A DNA stretch of 64,000 nucleotides, from positions 250,862 to 314,861 of the forward strand of contig CAZHTP010000001.1 of NCBI GenBank assembly GCA_964535655.1. The letters run 5' to 3'. Source of the DNA: an uncultured Gammaproteobacteria bacterium (lineage in GTDB: Bacteria; Patescibacteriota; Microgenomatia; JALYQM01). Below are positions 1 to 9,393 of the stretch, one piece after another. The notes under the pieces were generated by a model. The model was given only the letters and a program-made list of their open reading frames with translations. It ran no database searches and was not told the origin of the DNA. Each line of letters starts with the position of its first letter. The first letter of the stretch is position 1. The position numbers were made by a program, and so were the translations under genes.

Positions 1-1028
1 TCCTTTAATGCAAGTCCTACGGCAACGGAATAGATTGGTGCATCTTCTGTCAGCTGACCCTCAATATTAGGATCTTTTTTAATATTAAACCAAGGGTCTC
101 CGACCTGCGCTTCAATTCCAAGTGCATTGGCTAAGAATATTAGTAAACCTGGCAGTTTTGCCGTTCCACCGGTTAATACAATTCGCTTTACTTGATCATT
201 TGGGTTTTTTGTCTGGTACAAGGTAATGGCCTTTTTAAGTTCGTTGATTATAAGTTCAAAGGTTGGCTTTATAGCACCCATCACTTTGCCTTCGAGTTGG
301 TCTTCCAGCAATCCGTACGTCTTTTTGTACTGCTCCGCCTGTTCGAATTCTAAGGAAAGGTCTGATGCAATTGCACGGCTTAAAGTGTTGCCTCCTGAAG
401 CTATCGAACGGGTAAAGCTCACCATACCTCCTCTAATAATACTTAGGTCGGTGTTGGTTGATCCAATGGACACGACCATCGTGGTTGGTGAATATGGATT
501 ATTCCCTACAAGTGATCTCGCCTGGGCAAGTAGATCTGTTTCCATTGCTACAGACTTTAAATCTGCCTTAGCGAGAATTTCAGTATACTTCTCAATTAGT
601 GAAAGAGGAGCCGCTACAATTAACACTTCCATCTTTTGACCCTTTTCTTTATCTCCTTTGGTTAAAATCTGCCAGCGTAGAGATACTTCATTTAGTGGTC
701 GTGGAATATATTGTTCAGATTCAAACTTTATTGCAGATGCCAATTCTTTTTCTGACATTGGCGGCATTTCAATAATACGGGTGAAAATCTGAGATTCGGG
801 AAGTGAGGCAATTACCTGATTAGTATTTACTTTGGTTTCCTTGATTAATCGCTTTATAATCTCTACAATTGCTTCTTTATCGAAGTCTGCTTCCGATGTC
901 ATACCGTTCCCCGGAGTTGGAGCGAGTCCATACGCAAGTAATTTACTTCCTTGATTATCTTTTTGAAGATAGACTAGTTTGATGCTGGAATCTCCGATAT
1001 CCAGTCCGAAAAAGTTTTTATTTGCCAT
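1..1028 (-). CDS. pilM: Type IV pilus assembly ATPase-like protein PilM (actin-like fold). Partial: the 3' end runs off the window start.
   Basis: Own translation of the minus strand from the ATG at 1026-1028 gives MANKNFFGLDIGDSSIKLVYLQ... with ...ASLPESQIF and ...GGNTLSRAIASDL..., a typical PilM/FtsA-like N-terminus. It is not in the ORF track because no stop lies inside the window. It sits at the distal end of the T4P operon. Confidence 0.8.
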   Translation of the reverse strand, partial: MANKNFFGLDIGDSSIKLVYLQKDNQGSKLLAYGLAPTPGNGMTSEADFDKEAIVEIIKRLIKETKVNTNQVIASLPESQIFTRIIEMPPMSEKELASAIKFESEQYIPRPLNEVSLRWQILTKGDKEKGQKMEVLIVAAPLSLIEKYTEILAKADLKSVAMETDLLAQARSLVGNNPYSPTTMVVSIGSTNTDLSIIRGGMVSFTRSIASGGNTLSRAIASDLSLEFEQAEQYKKTYGLLEDQLEGKVMGAIKPTFELIINELKKAITLYQTKNPNDQVKRIVLTGGTAKLPGLLIFLANALGIEAQVGDPWFNIKKDPNIEGQLTEDAPIYSVAVGLALK

Positions 1029-1176
1029 AACTTTATATAGTATGAGGGACAATAGAAAGTCATGTCAAGCAGTAGTAGTGGTTATTGTAGGGGCAATATC
1101 TAATTTTTGTCATGGTACAAAAAAAGCGAATCTCTTTAAATCAAAATCCGCTTTTTCTAAACTATTTTTATCGCAG

Positions 1177-2139
1177 TTAGTTCTTTTGTAGAGGATTGGT
1201 GCTTCCATTAAAAACTACGAAATCGAATATACCAGGGAGGGTTGGGTATGATTGATATACTCGAACTTTTCTTACCGTATCGCCAGCTTTACCTTGTGAA
1301 TCGATTTGAGTTCCCTGCGCAGGAAGGGCTGTTGTATTGCCTGCTACAAAAGCAGCTTGCGGTGCAATTGCTACGCCCTGGTCTTCACCATCGTTGTAGA
1401 GAAGTTTAATTCTTAATAGTAAGTAACATCGTGCTGAACCTGAAGTGCATGTTCCAGTTCCTGTATCTCCAGGTTGTAAGGTTATTATTTTACTATAGTT
1501 ATAGGTTTTTGTCCCTTGATTGGTTGTAACTGTAGTTGGCGTGAGAGATACGTTATCAAAACCATTTGACCTCGTCGTATTTTGATTATCATAGGCATAT
1601 TTTTCTACACCAAACCCGCTGCTATCTTTATAGATAAAAGCTGCTTCAAGAGCTGGAGTTTTTGCTGGAGTACTTGGTGATTTAGTTCCCCAGTAAATGG
1701 CAAGTTGATTACAGTTTGAAGTGGGGCTGCACCGATTATAAAAACCTGAATAAGGTTGTGCTGAATTTGCTGGATTTTTAAAATAACTGTAATCAAACAA
1801 CCATACTTGTGCTGCTTCATCTTTTTTTAACTCGTTGGGAAAAGCGAATGTGGTTGTACTACCTCCTTGTTGGGTAGGAGTTGAAACGTTAAAGGTGGCA
1901 TTGCCAATGGTCACATCTGATCCATACGTAGAAATGTTATTTCCTAAGGCCGCTTCTATACCTGCTTCGGCTGCTGCATATGCTTGGTTAGACTGATTTG
2001 TGTTCGTGGATAAGCGGATATCTGTTGTTGTTCTAGCGATAATTGCTAATCCAATTGTTAACGCTACGACGAGCACTAACATAACAAGAATAGCCATTTG
2101 GCCAGATTCGTCGTTTACGGCATTTTTTAATTGTTTCAT
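1177..2139 (-). CDS. PilX-like pilus assembly/minor pilin-associated protein with an N-terminal TM and a Thr/Asn-rich ectodomain.
   Basis: ORF 1177..2193. I prefer the internal start MKQLKN at 2139 because an AGGAGA Shine-Dalgarno lies 7 nt upstream. The N-terminus has MAILVMLVLVVALTIGLAII, a PilX_N-like TM. It sits between the pseudopilin genes and pilM. Confidence 0.5.
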   Translation of the reverse strand: MKQLKNAVNDESGQMAILVMLVLVVALTIGLAIIARTTTDIRLSTNTNQSNQAYAAAEAGIEAALGNNISTYGSDVTIGNATFNVSTPTQQGGSTTTFAFPNELKKDEAAQVWLFDYSYFKNPANSAQPYSGFYNRCSPTSNCNQLAIYWGTKSPSTPAKTPALEAAFIYKDSSGFGVEKYAYDNQNTTRSNGFDNVSLTPTTVTTNQGTKTYNYSKIITLQPGDTGTGTCTSGSARCYLLLRIKLLYNDGEDQGVAIAPQAAFVAGNTTALPAQGTQIDSQGKAGDTVRKVRVYQSYPTLPGIFDFVVFNGSTNPLQKN

Positions 2140-2201
2140 AATACATTCTCCTATGGTAATTCTATTGTGTATTAAGACCCGCCATTTAATCAATAGGGTC
2201 T

Positions 2202-2978
2202 TTAATCACTGTTATAAACCCGTAATGATATTGTTGACGAAAAAGGTACGATGGCCTGCGAATCAATGCGACTTGATGCACTAATGGCCTGAGTTAAGGC
2301 AAAATTAGTAGTTACTATTGTAGGACTTGATGCATTGAATCGAACAGTAAAATACGGATCTCCTGACGAGTTTGCTGTTACACTAACTCCACTTCTTGTT
2401 TCAGTGTTGCTGATTACTTGACCAATAGTTGCAGCAGTTACTGAGTCAGTTTCGTTCTTTAGGACGCTGACTGGATCAGAAGAAGTATCTGTAACAAGGC
2501 GAATGTTCCCGTTGCATTCTACTGGTGACTTTGTCTGATCTTGATCATTAGCAGTAAAGGGAGCACTATTACATTTTTGATCACCGACAATTGTTGATCC
2601 AGTTGTAGTTTGAGCATGGATTTCAATTTTAGTGTATCCACCCGTTGCGCCTTGATTTTTCAGTATTATTGCACAGTATTTTGTCGCACAAGTCCATGTA
2701 TAGGGAGCAACTACAGTTGTGGTATCTGTCCATGAGGTTGGTCCCCATGCATCGGGTGTACTTCCAAATGCGGTAATTTCCTCAGCATTTCTAATTGCTC
2801 GTTCCAGTTGATTAAGAATGTTATCACCATTTTGTTTTATTTCAGTGACAACATTGGCTTTATTTGATCCACGAACTATCTGAATAAAAATATCAGCAGT
2901 TATTCCTGTAAGTATACCGATAATCGTAATAACTACCAGTATTTCAATAAGTGTAAAACCTTTTTGATTATTTATCAT
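2202..2978 (-). CDS. Type IV minor pilin / pseudopilin with a prepilin N-terminal methylation motif.
   Basis: N-terminus MINNQKG|FTLIEILVVITIIGILTGI: class III signal peptide with G-1, F+1 and E+5. In the pilin gene array. Confidence 0.7.
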   Translation of the reverse strand: MINNQKGFTLIEILVVITIIGILTGITADIFIQIVRGSNKANVVTEIKQNGDNILNQLERAIRNAEEITAFGSTPDAWGPTSWTDTTTVVAPYTWTCATKYCAIILKNQGATGGYTKIEIHAQTTTGSTIVGDQKCNSAPFTANDQDQTKSPVECNGNIRLVTDTSSDPVSVLKNETDSVTAATIGQVISNTETRSGVSVTANSSGDPYFTVRFNASSPTIVTTNFALTQAISASSRIDSQAIVPFSSTISLRVYNSD

Positions 2979-2982
2979 TTGA

Positions 2983-3519
2983 TTATTGCCAGTTCGTTAA
3001 GTACGTTGTTACATCGGTGTTATGTTGTCCGCGATTGTCGCTCCAATAAACACGAACGCTAACTTGTTTTTTGCCAAGTGTAGTTCCATCATCTGTTATA
3101 TTTATTTTGCGGTAGAAGATGCCATCAATATTTTCGTCGTAAATTGTTCCTGAACCATTGTTATCGGAACAAGAAGCTCTCTTTGCCATACTGAGCGTTG
3201 ACTTGTTCAAAGTAAAACAGTAGCCGGTATATCCACCACCGGGCGAAGCCGCATTTTTAAGATTGATACCCCAGAGATCTCCCCAAGAATTTACTGAGCC
3301 TGTACCATCAGTAACATTTCCTACGGAATTTTGATCCCTGATTGCACGGACAAGTTCAAGAGTTTCCTGCGCAAATTTCGTAGCCAGATTTTGATTTTTA
3401 GAGAATTGTGAATTTCTAACAGAGGCGATAGTAGCGTTAGTGAAAGCAATTACTATTATTACCGCAATTCCAAGAGCGATAACAACTTCGACGAGGGATT
3501 GTCCTTTTTGATTGTGCAT
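2983..3519 (-). CDS. Type IV minor pilin, PilV-like.
   Basis: N-terminus MHNQKGQSLVEVVIALGIAVIIV: prepilin-like hydrophobic helix with E+5. Adjacent to the other pseudopilins. Confidence 0.6.
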   Translation of the reverse strand: MHNQKGQSLVEVVIALGIAVIIVIAFTNATIASVRNSQFSKNQNLATKFAQETLELVRAIRDQNSVGNVTDGTGSVNSWGDLWGINLKNAASPGGGYTGYCFTLNKSTLSMAKRASCSDNNGSGTIYDENIDGIFYRKINITDDGTTLGKKQVSVRVYWSDNRGQHNTDVTTYLTNWQ

Positions 3520-3527
3520 AATGTCCT

Positions 3528-4220
3528 TTATTTTTCTACTATGAATACTCGACTTGATCGTGGTCCACCAGATAAATCATTATTGCACCTTGCCGGAGCA
3601 GCTTGTGTTTCATCACAAATATTTCCGCTGTCTATAACAAGACTTCTCTGATATGCCCCGTTTTTAAATTGTAACTCGACCCGAGCAATTTTTGCTACTA
3701 AACTTGGATTTGTTGTTGTTGATCCAACTACTATTTGACCACTTTTTGGTGATTGATTAAATCGTACATCGATAAAACTTGGGTAGTCAATAGGATTAGC
3801 TTCTTGATCATAAAGAATTATTTTGTCGAGCTTTACTCCAGATGGATACTGTTTATCATTAACTTTTTTAAAGGCTGCCGTAGAACAAGGAGTAATTGTA
3901 AGATCTGGTATATTTGTCGGACAAACTACGTCTCCAGCGCTGTTTTTAGGTGTAATTTCGATAGTAGAATACTTTCCAAATGGCAAGGAAGCAGCTGCAC
4001 TATCGGCCTGAAATGTTATACCGTACCAGTGAGCATTTATTCCTGCTGCTGATTTGTTTATTCCAAATTGTATGTCATCTTTTACTTTGATTGCGGCCTG
4101 ATTGACACTTTGTTCTTCATTGAAATTGCGGTAAGCAGGGATTGAGAGAGTGAGCAGAATTCCCATAATGGTGATTACTACTAATAATTCAATAAGTGAT
4201 AAACCGGCTTCTTTATTCAT
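3528..4220 (-). CDS. Type IV minor pilin / pseudopilin.
   Basis: N-terminus MNKEAG|LSLIELLVVITIMGILLTL, a prepilin motif. Confidence 0.65.
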   Translation of the reverse strand: MNKEAGLSLIELLVVITIMGILLTLSIPAYRNFNEEQSVNQAAIKVKDDIQFGINKSAAGINAHWYGITFQADSAAASLPFGKYSTIEITPKNSAGDVVCPTNIPDLTITPCSTAAFKKVNDKQYPSGVKLDKIILYDQEANPIDYPSFIDVRFNQSPKSGQIVVGSTTTNPSLVAKIARVELQFKNGAYQRSLVIDSGNICDETQAAPARCNNDLSGGPRSSRVFIVEK

Positions 4221-4269
4221 CTACCACTACAGTGTAGGGGAGAAAAGCAGGCAGCGTCAAGCATTGTTA

Positions 4270-4818
4270 TTATGGCTCATTAACAAAGTAATTCGGTTTT
4301 GAGGAATTGCTTGAGTATGCCCCAGAATTACTACCGGCAGTGCATGCAGTTGCAGTGATACTTCCAGCGCATCCCGCTGCAGTGCATTTATCTGGGTCAT
4401 TAGCATTCTCAAGAGTTGCGAGTAAACTAAACTTTTTATTCGATGCCGCAGTTGTTGCGGAAACAGTACAATAATAGTATTCATACGCATTTACTGTATT
4501 TTTGGGGTCTTTGGGAACAGGGGCTTTAATGTAGGTTGTTGTACCTCCTGCATCAGTTAAAGCGGCGGCAAAAGTAAACTTTCCAGCTGTTGCCCCGGAT
4601 GACCAAGGTAGGGGATAATAATTGTTATCATTATAGAACAATTCGAGTCCTGTTGCTATCGATTTGAGATCAGATTTTCTACGTCCGTCACGAGCTCGAG
4701 CTTGCGCACTAGTTAGATTGGGCAATAGAAGTGCAGAGAGAATCCCTATAATTGATATCACGACGAGTAACTCAATTAATGTGAATCCTCGTTGGAATAC
4801 TATGTTTTTTGTTTTCAT
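4270..4818 (-). CDS. Type IV pilin / GspG-like pseudopilin.
   Basis: MKTKNIVFQRG|FTLIELLVVISIIGILSALLLPNL followed by QARARDGRRKSDLKSI, a GspG/PulG-like signature after the N-terminal helix. Confidence 0.7.
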   Translation of the reverse strand: MKTKNIVFQRGFTLIELLVVISIIGILSALLLPNLTSAQARARDGRRKSDLKSIATGLELFYNDNNYYPLPWSSGATAGKFTFAAALTDAGGTTTYIKAPVPKDPKNTVNAYEYYYCTVSATTAASNKKFSLLATLENANDPDKCTAAGCAGSITATACTAGSNSGAYSSNSSKPNYFVNEP

Positions 4819-4833
4819 ATCAGTTCCTTTTCT

Positions 4834-5361
4834 TTAGGGATTAAATGTACGATAGGTTACGGCTCCAGTGACCGTTGTACATGGAGCTAAATTAGTATAG
4901 GTTCCTGCTGCATTTTGATAACGCTGAATATCGGTAGCGTTTTCTAAACACGTTTCAAGCGTATAGGCATCTCCTACTGCGTTAGTTGGTGAGTATCTAT
5001 ATTTATATACGGTTGAATTTCGGGGGTCTGATACGGATTTTGGTAAGTAGTTTAGATCGACGAGTCCAACTGAACTACCAGACATAAGGATAGTAAATTG
5101 TGTTTCACCTGCACCTGGTGCAGTTGCCTCGATTGCTGCGGTTTGTGCGGTATATGAAGTTGCTCCAGCCAGCGGATATGATCCCTTATCCTGATGATAC
5201 TGCTCGAGGGCTTCACGGACAGCTCGTAGATCCGATTTTCTTTGAGCATCTCGAGCTTTCGATGTTCCGCCCGAAAAATTTGCCATTGCCATAACGGTTA
5301 GTATCGAAATAACAGATACAACAATCAATAATTCGACTAAAGTAAATCCTCTTTGTTTCAT
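4834..5361 (-). CDS. Type IV pilin / GspG-like pseudopilin.
   Basis: MKQRG|FTLVELLIVVSVISILTVMAMANF ... KARDAQRKSDLRAV. It is a paralog of the 4270-4818 gene. Confidence 0.7.
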   Translation of the reverse strand: MKQRGFTLVELLIVVSVISILTVMAMANFSGGTSKARDAQRKSDLRAVREALEQYHQDKGSYPLAGATSYTAQTAAIEATAPGAGETQFTILMSGSSVGLVDLNYLPKSVSDPRNSTVYKYRYSPTNAVGDAYTLETCLENATDIQRYQNAAGTYTNLAPCTTVTGAVTYRTFNP

Positions 5362-6275
5362 CTTAATCCTAAAATGTTATTTATATACCAACCGAAAAGC
5401 TGATCGCCGAAAAACATAACAATGAAGCATCCAAGAATAAGAAACGGACCAAATGGTATTGTTTGTCCAACGTTTTTTTTTCTGACTAATAAGAGTATGC
5501 AGCTGGTTATTGCCCCTGTCAAGAAGCCCATGAAGATTGAAACTACCATATTGGGCCAGCCTGATAACAGTCCTATTAAAAATCCAAGTTTTAAATCGCC
5601 TCCGCCCATGCCTCTTCCTCGAGTAATAATAATTAGTGTCAGAAAGAAGAGAGCAATACCGATACTCCCTATCAAAGTATAAAGAAATGTGTTTGATGAA
5701 AATTGAACGTGGTTGAAGGCAAGACCGGACTTAATAAAATACTTTCCCATTTCCGATTTGTTGAGGTAGGAATAAATGTGAAAGTAGTTATAGGTAATAA
5801 CTACAATTCGGTAGATAAGTACAAATATAATGGTAGGTATTACTATCTTATCGTAGAGCATTCCATATTTAATATCGGTAATGAATAAGATAAGAAGAGA
5901 TGTGGTTACAACGTACAAGAAAATAAGAGGAATAATAATGCCAAAATCGACAATATGAATAGAATTGTTTAAATAGTCTGCGCTCACATACGCGTTGCGA
6001 GAAACAAGGTAATATATCAAAGTGAAAATTATTCCGCTAACCAATTCAACGATAAAGTATTGTCGTGCTATGGGTTTTTCACAGTAGCGGCATTTACCAC
6101 GTAATTGGAGATAGCTAATGAGGGGGATTAAATCTATCCCAGTGAGGGTTTTATTGCAAAATTCACAGTGAGAGCGACCAGATAATTTTTCACCTCGTGC
6201 AAGACGCTCGGCTGTATTATTAACAAAGCTTCCAACGGAAGCACCTAAAACAAAAGTTATTATATAGAAAAGCAT
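5358..6275 (-). CDS. pilD: Prepilin peptidase (A24 family).
   Basis: N-terminal Zn-binding tetracysteine CEFCNKTL...CRYCEKPI, multiple TMs and a ...GGGDLKLGFLIGLLSGW catalytic region. ORF 5358..6311; the start is probably the internal MLFYIITFVLGASVGSF at 6275. The 4-bp ATGA overlap with the downstream pilin gene supports translational coupling. Confidence 0.85.
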   Translation of the reverse strand: MLFYIITFVLGASVGSFVNNTAERLARGEKLSGRSHCEFCNKTLTGIDLIPLISYLQLRGKCRYCEKPIARQYFIVELVSGIIFTLIYYLVSRNAYVSADYLNNSIHIVDFGIIIPLIFLYVVTTSLLILFITDIKYGMLYDKIVIPTIIFVLIYRIVVITYNYFHIYSYLNKSEMGKYFIKSGLAFNHVQFSSNTFLYTLIGSIGIALFFLTLIIITRGRGMGGGDLKLGFLIGLLSGWPNMVVSIFMGFLTGAITSCILLLVRKKNVGQTIPFGPFLILGCFIVMFFGDQLFGWYINNILGLR

Positions 6276-6321
6276 ATTAACTACTTTAACTTTTCTCAGA
6301 AGTAAGTGCAATAACTTTACA

Positions 6322-6362
6322 CAAAAAAATCGTCCCAGATCTTAATCTGAGACGATTTAATT
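6322..6362 (-). terminator. Rho-independent terminator/attenuator immediately downstream of the major pilin gene.
   Basis: Minus-strand RNA forms a 12-bp stem (one G.U wobble), AUCGUCUCAGAU-UAAG-AUCUGGGACGAU, followed by UUUUUUU. It lies ~20 nt after the pilA stop and upstream of pilD. This is the classic arrangement that gives high pilA transcript levels with partial readthrough. Confidence 0.65.
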
Positions 6363-6378
6363 TTGTCTTACTCAATCC

Positions 6379-6996
6379 TTAGATACCTGTTGGAGTAAGT
6401 GACATGTCAGTACCAGTTTCGAACATACATGCATCTGCGGCTGCAGCGCATGGAACTGTTCCTCCGTCTGAATCTGCACGAGAAGCGTTATCTTTACTTT
6501 CTACATAAGCGAGTAATTTATAGCCATTAGCGCTTGAAATGTAGAGGTATCGAGCTGTAGGTTGTGTGCCTCCGTGTGTTGCTGTACCTGCTGCGAGTGG
6601 TGCTGTTGTAATTGCAGTTCCTTGTTTTGGGTCGATTGGCAAAGTCGCCAAATATTTAGACAAGTCAGGGTTAGCAGCTACTGCTGCAGATCCTGTGATC
6701 CAGCTGGTTGCAGAAGAGGTAACTGGGCTTCGGTTTGTACCAGAAGCACATCCTGCTGCTGCTACACATGCAGGTGGTTGAGTTGCTGTGCCATCAGCGA
6801 GTGTCGCATCAATTGCTTTACGCAATGTGCTTAAGTCGGAAAAACGGGTAGAGTCACGACTCTTCTTAAGAATTTCTGCCGGATTGATGGCGAGCAATAC
6901 AACTGCTGCGAGCACACCGATAATAGCGATAACAACCAAAAGTTCGATAAGAGTGAAACCTTTGTTGTTTGTTTGGATAGTTGTTGTATTTGTCAT
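6379..6996 (-). CDS. pilA: Major type IV pilin (PilA-like).
   Basis: MTNTTTIQTNNKG|FTLIELLVVIAIIGVLAAVVLLAINPAEILKKSRDSTRFSDL. Ala/Thr/Gly-rich globular domain with C-terminal cysteines (disulfide loop). Sits directly after pilC with its own terminator. Confidence 0.75.
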   Translation of the reverse strand: MTNTTTIQTNNKGFTLIELLVVIAIIGVLAAVVLLAINPAEILKKSRDSTRFSDLSTLRKAIDATLADGTATQPPACVAAAGCASGTNRSPVTSSATSWITGSAAVAANPDLSKYLATLPIDPKQGTAITTAPLAAGTATHGGTQPTARYLYISSANGYKLLAYVESKDNASRADSDGGTVPCAAAADACMFETGTDMSLTPTGI

Positions 6997-7110
6997 ATTT
7001 GTTTAGTTTCACCCCCCTTCAAATAACCGATTCTTTCGGTATTCCATTTGAAACTTTGTATATAAAAATGATATGTATTTTCTCTACCTAATTGCAAGAT
7101 GCTATTTCCC

Positions 7111-8319
7111 TTAGAAACTGCTTGTGAGTTTGTATATTGGTAAAATAATTGATAATACGAGAAATGCTACGCCTAATCCAAGGAAGATAAGAATAAATGG
7201 TTCGAGCGCTGTTGTTAAGTTCTTAATTAAGTTTTCTGCTTCTGCTTCGAAGTATTTAGAAATTTTAATTAGTACTTCATCTAATTTACCTGTTTCTTCT
7301 CCAACTTTTACCATTTGAGAGAGAATAGGTGGGAAATTAGGATCTCGAGAAATTGGAACTGAAAGAGGAGCTCCATGTTCGACGTCTCGTGCGGCATTAC
7401 GAATAGAATCGTAATACACTTTGTCACCAACAGAGTCACTCACAATATTCAAAGCTTCAATAATTGGAATCCCTGCTCCGACAAGAAGTCCAAGAGTTCG
7501 GGCAAATTCAGTCAATGAACTTTCACGGCGAATTTTTCCGAAAACGGGAATTCTATACATAAGTTGATCTACACTTTTACGTCCTGCTTCCGTCTTAATG
7601 TATTGTTTATATCCAAAGAAGGTAAGTACGCCGGCCCCAATCATGAGCCACCAGAAATTCACGAAGAAGTTGGAAGTTGCAATCAAAAATTTCGTCGGAC
7701 CTGGAAGTTCTACTCCCATGTCTTTATACATACCGGTAAGACGAGGAATAACAAAGATCATCATGATAAACATAACCACGGTGATTGCAACTACTACGAT
7801 AATAGGATAGATCATCGCGCCACGAGTTTTTGCTTTGAATTCACGATCTTTCTCAAGATTTTCTGCTAAACGAGCTAATATAGTGTCAAGTAAACCGGAA
7901 GCTTCTCCAGCCCGAACTAAGCTGATATATATTTTTGAAAATGTTTTGGGATGTTTTTGTAAACTATCTCCAAAAGATCCTCCACCTTCAATATCGTGTA
8001 ATATTGACTCTTGAATTACAGCAAATTGTTTATTCGGGGTTTGGGCCTTTAAAATATTTAAGGCTTCTGTGAGTGGAAGACCGGCCGTAATCATCGTTGA
8101 TAGTTGACGAGTGAAGTTGGTAATTTCTGTAATTGAGACTTTTTTAAAGGATCCGAATAGCTTATCAAGCGATATTCCGCTTTCGGATGATTTGATAGTT
8201 ATAACAATCAGTCCGCGCTCACGTAATATTTTAGCGGCTTGATTGCGGTCTGCTGCCTCAACAATACCCACTCGCTCGGCGCCATCACGTTCTTTAGCAA
8301 TGTAATTAAATTGTATCAT
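7111..8319 (-). CDS. pilC: Type IV pilus inner-membrane platform protein PilC (GspF family).
   Basis: 402 aa with two T2SSF-like repeats and three TMs; sits between pilT and pilA. Confidence 0.9.
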   Translation of the reverse strand: MIQFNYIAKERDGAERVGIVEAADRNQAAKILRERGLIVITIKSSESGISLDKLFGSFKKVSITEITNFTRQLSTMITAGLPLTEALNILKAQTPNKQFAVIQESILHDIEGGGSFGDSLQKHPKTFSKIYISLVRAGEASGLLDTILARLAENLEKDREFKAKTRGAMIYPIIVVVAITVVMFIMMIFVIPRLTGMYKDMGVELPGPTKFLIATSNFFVNFWWLMIGAGVLTFFGYKQYIKTEAGRKSVDQLMYRIPVFGKIRRESSLTEFARTLGLLVGAGIPIIEALNIVSDSVGDKVYYDSIRNAARDVEHGAPLSVPISRDPNFPPILSQMVKVGEETGKLDEVLIKISKYFEAEAENLIKNLTTALEPFILIFLGLGVAFLVLSIILPIYKLTSSF

Positions 8320-9386
8320 TTTGATGATTTCCCCGAATTAAGCAATCTAGTTAATTCCTTTGCTTTGTTACTATATGTTTGAGCAACTTGTAATGAAATT
8401 GTCCCTGAACGTACTTTCCGTGCTAGTGCTGATTCCATGCTCTCCATACCTATTTCACTGTTTGTTTGAATTACGTTATCAAGTAAATGTGTTTTTCCTT
8501 CTCGAATAATAGTTTTTACAGCAGAATTGGCTAATAATATTTCATTGACAACTATTCGCTCTCCATTTAAAGAGGGAATAAGCCTCTGTGAAACAATTGC
8601 TTCTAGAGTTGAGGCTAGTTGTAATCTGATCTGGTCTTGTTGATGTTCAGGAAATACGTCCACGATACGGTCAATCGCTTGAGCAGCTGAATTCGTGTGT
8701 AAGGTAGAGAATACTAGATGACCAGTTTCAGCAATAGTAATAGCCGATTCAATAGTCTCATAATCACGCATTTCTCCTATTAGTACAACATCTGGGTCTT
8801 CGCGTAGCGCTCCACGTAGCGCAACATCCCACGAGTGTGTATCTAGATGTAGTTCACGTTGAGACACAAACGCTTTAGCCTTTGGATAGACATATTCAAT
8901 AGGATCTTCAATTGTTAAGATATGGCAGGCGCGATTTTGATTGATTTCATTAACTAGAGCAGCTAATGTGGTGGATTTTCCGTGCCCGGTCGGACCAGTA
9001 ACTAAGATAAACCCCTGAACTAATTCGGTAAACTTGTGCAATATTGGAGGTAATTGCAACTCATCAAGATTACGAATCTTTAAAGGAAGCATACGAAGAG
9101 CTGCAGAAATATAGCCTTTTTGATAGTAGGCATTTACTCGAAATCGAGCTACTTCACCCAGAGCAAAGGAGAAGTCTAATTCTTTGTTTGCAATTAACAA
9201 TTCCTTTTGTTCTTCAGTCACTAGTGCCATGATCAGTGCTTCCACCTCATCGGGCATGAGTGGCTTTGACTGTGGTACAGGTGTTAGGATACCATGAATT
9301 CGTAATGTAGGTTCAGTGTATGCGATTAAATGTAAATCTGAGGCATTTCTTTGGATGGTAATTTGTAATAACTCTTCTATTGTCAT
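8316..9386 (-). CDS. pilT: Twitching-motility retraction ATPase PilT.
   Basis: Walker A GPTGHGKSTT, a Walker B/Asp box, and a PilT-type short N-terminus with no N1 domain. ORF 8316..9410; the start MTIEELLQ at 9386 removes the overlap with pilB. Confidence 0.85.
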   Translation of the reverse strand: MTIEELLQITIQRNASDLHLIAYTEPTLRIHGILTPVPQSKPLMPDEVEALIMALVTEEQKELLIANKELDFSFALGEVARFRVNAYYQKGYISAALRMLPLKIRNLDELQLPPILHKFTELVQGFILVTGPTGHGKSTTLAALVNEINQNRACHILTIEDPIEYVYPKAKAFVSQRELHLDTHSWDVALRGALREDPDVVLIGEMRDYETIESAITIAETGHLVFSTLHTNSAAQAIDRIVDVFPEHQQDQIRLQLASTLEAIVSQRLIPSLNGERIVVNEILLANSAVKTIIREGKTHLLDNVIQTNSEIGMESMESALARKVRSGTISLQVAQTYSNKAKELTRLLNSGKSSK

Positions 9387-9393
9387 AATCCTC

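Noticed and set aside
226-639. 137-aa plus-strand ORF at the window start.
   Set aside because: It is antisense to pilM, whose minus-strand translation is a clear PilM/FtsA-like protein running off the window edge.
3753-4052. 99-aa and 62-aa plus-strand ORFs.
   Set aside because: They are antisense to a prepilin-motif pseudopilin gene and have no support of their own.
6562-6834. Cys-rich 90-aa and 71-aa ORFs on the plus strand (MCASVCCCTCCEWCCC…).
   Set aside because: They are antisense to the Ala/Thr/Gly-rich major pilin gene. GCN-rich codons read in reverse give NGC (Cys/Ser/Ala) runs. There is no RBS, and the sense-strand pilA has overwhelming support.
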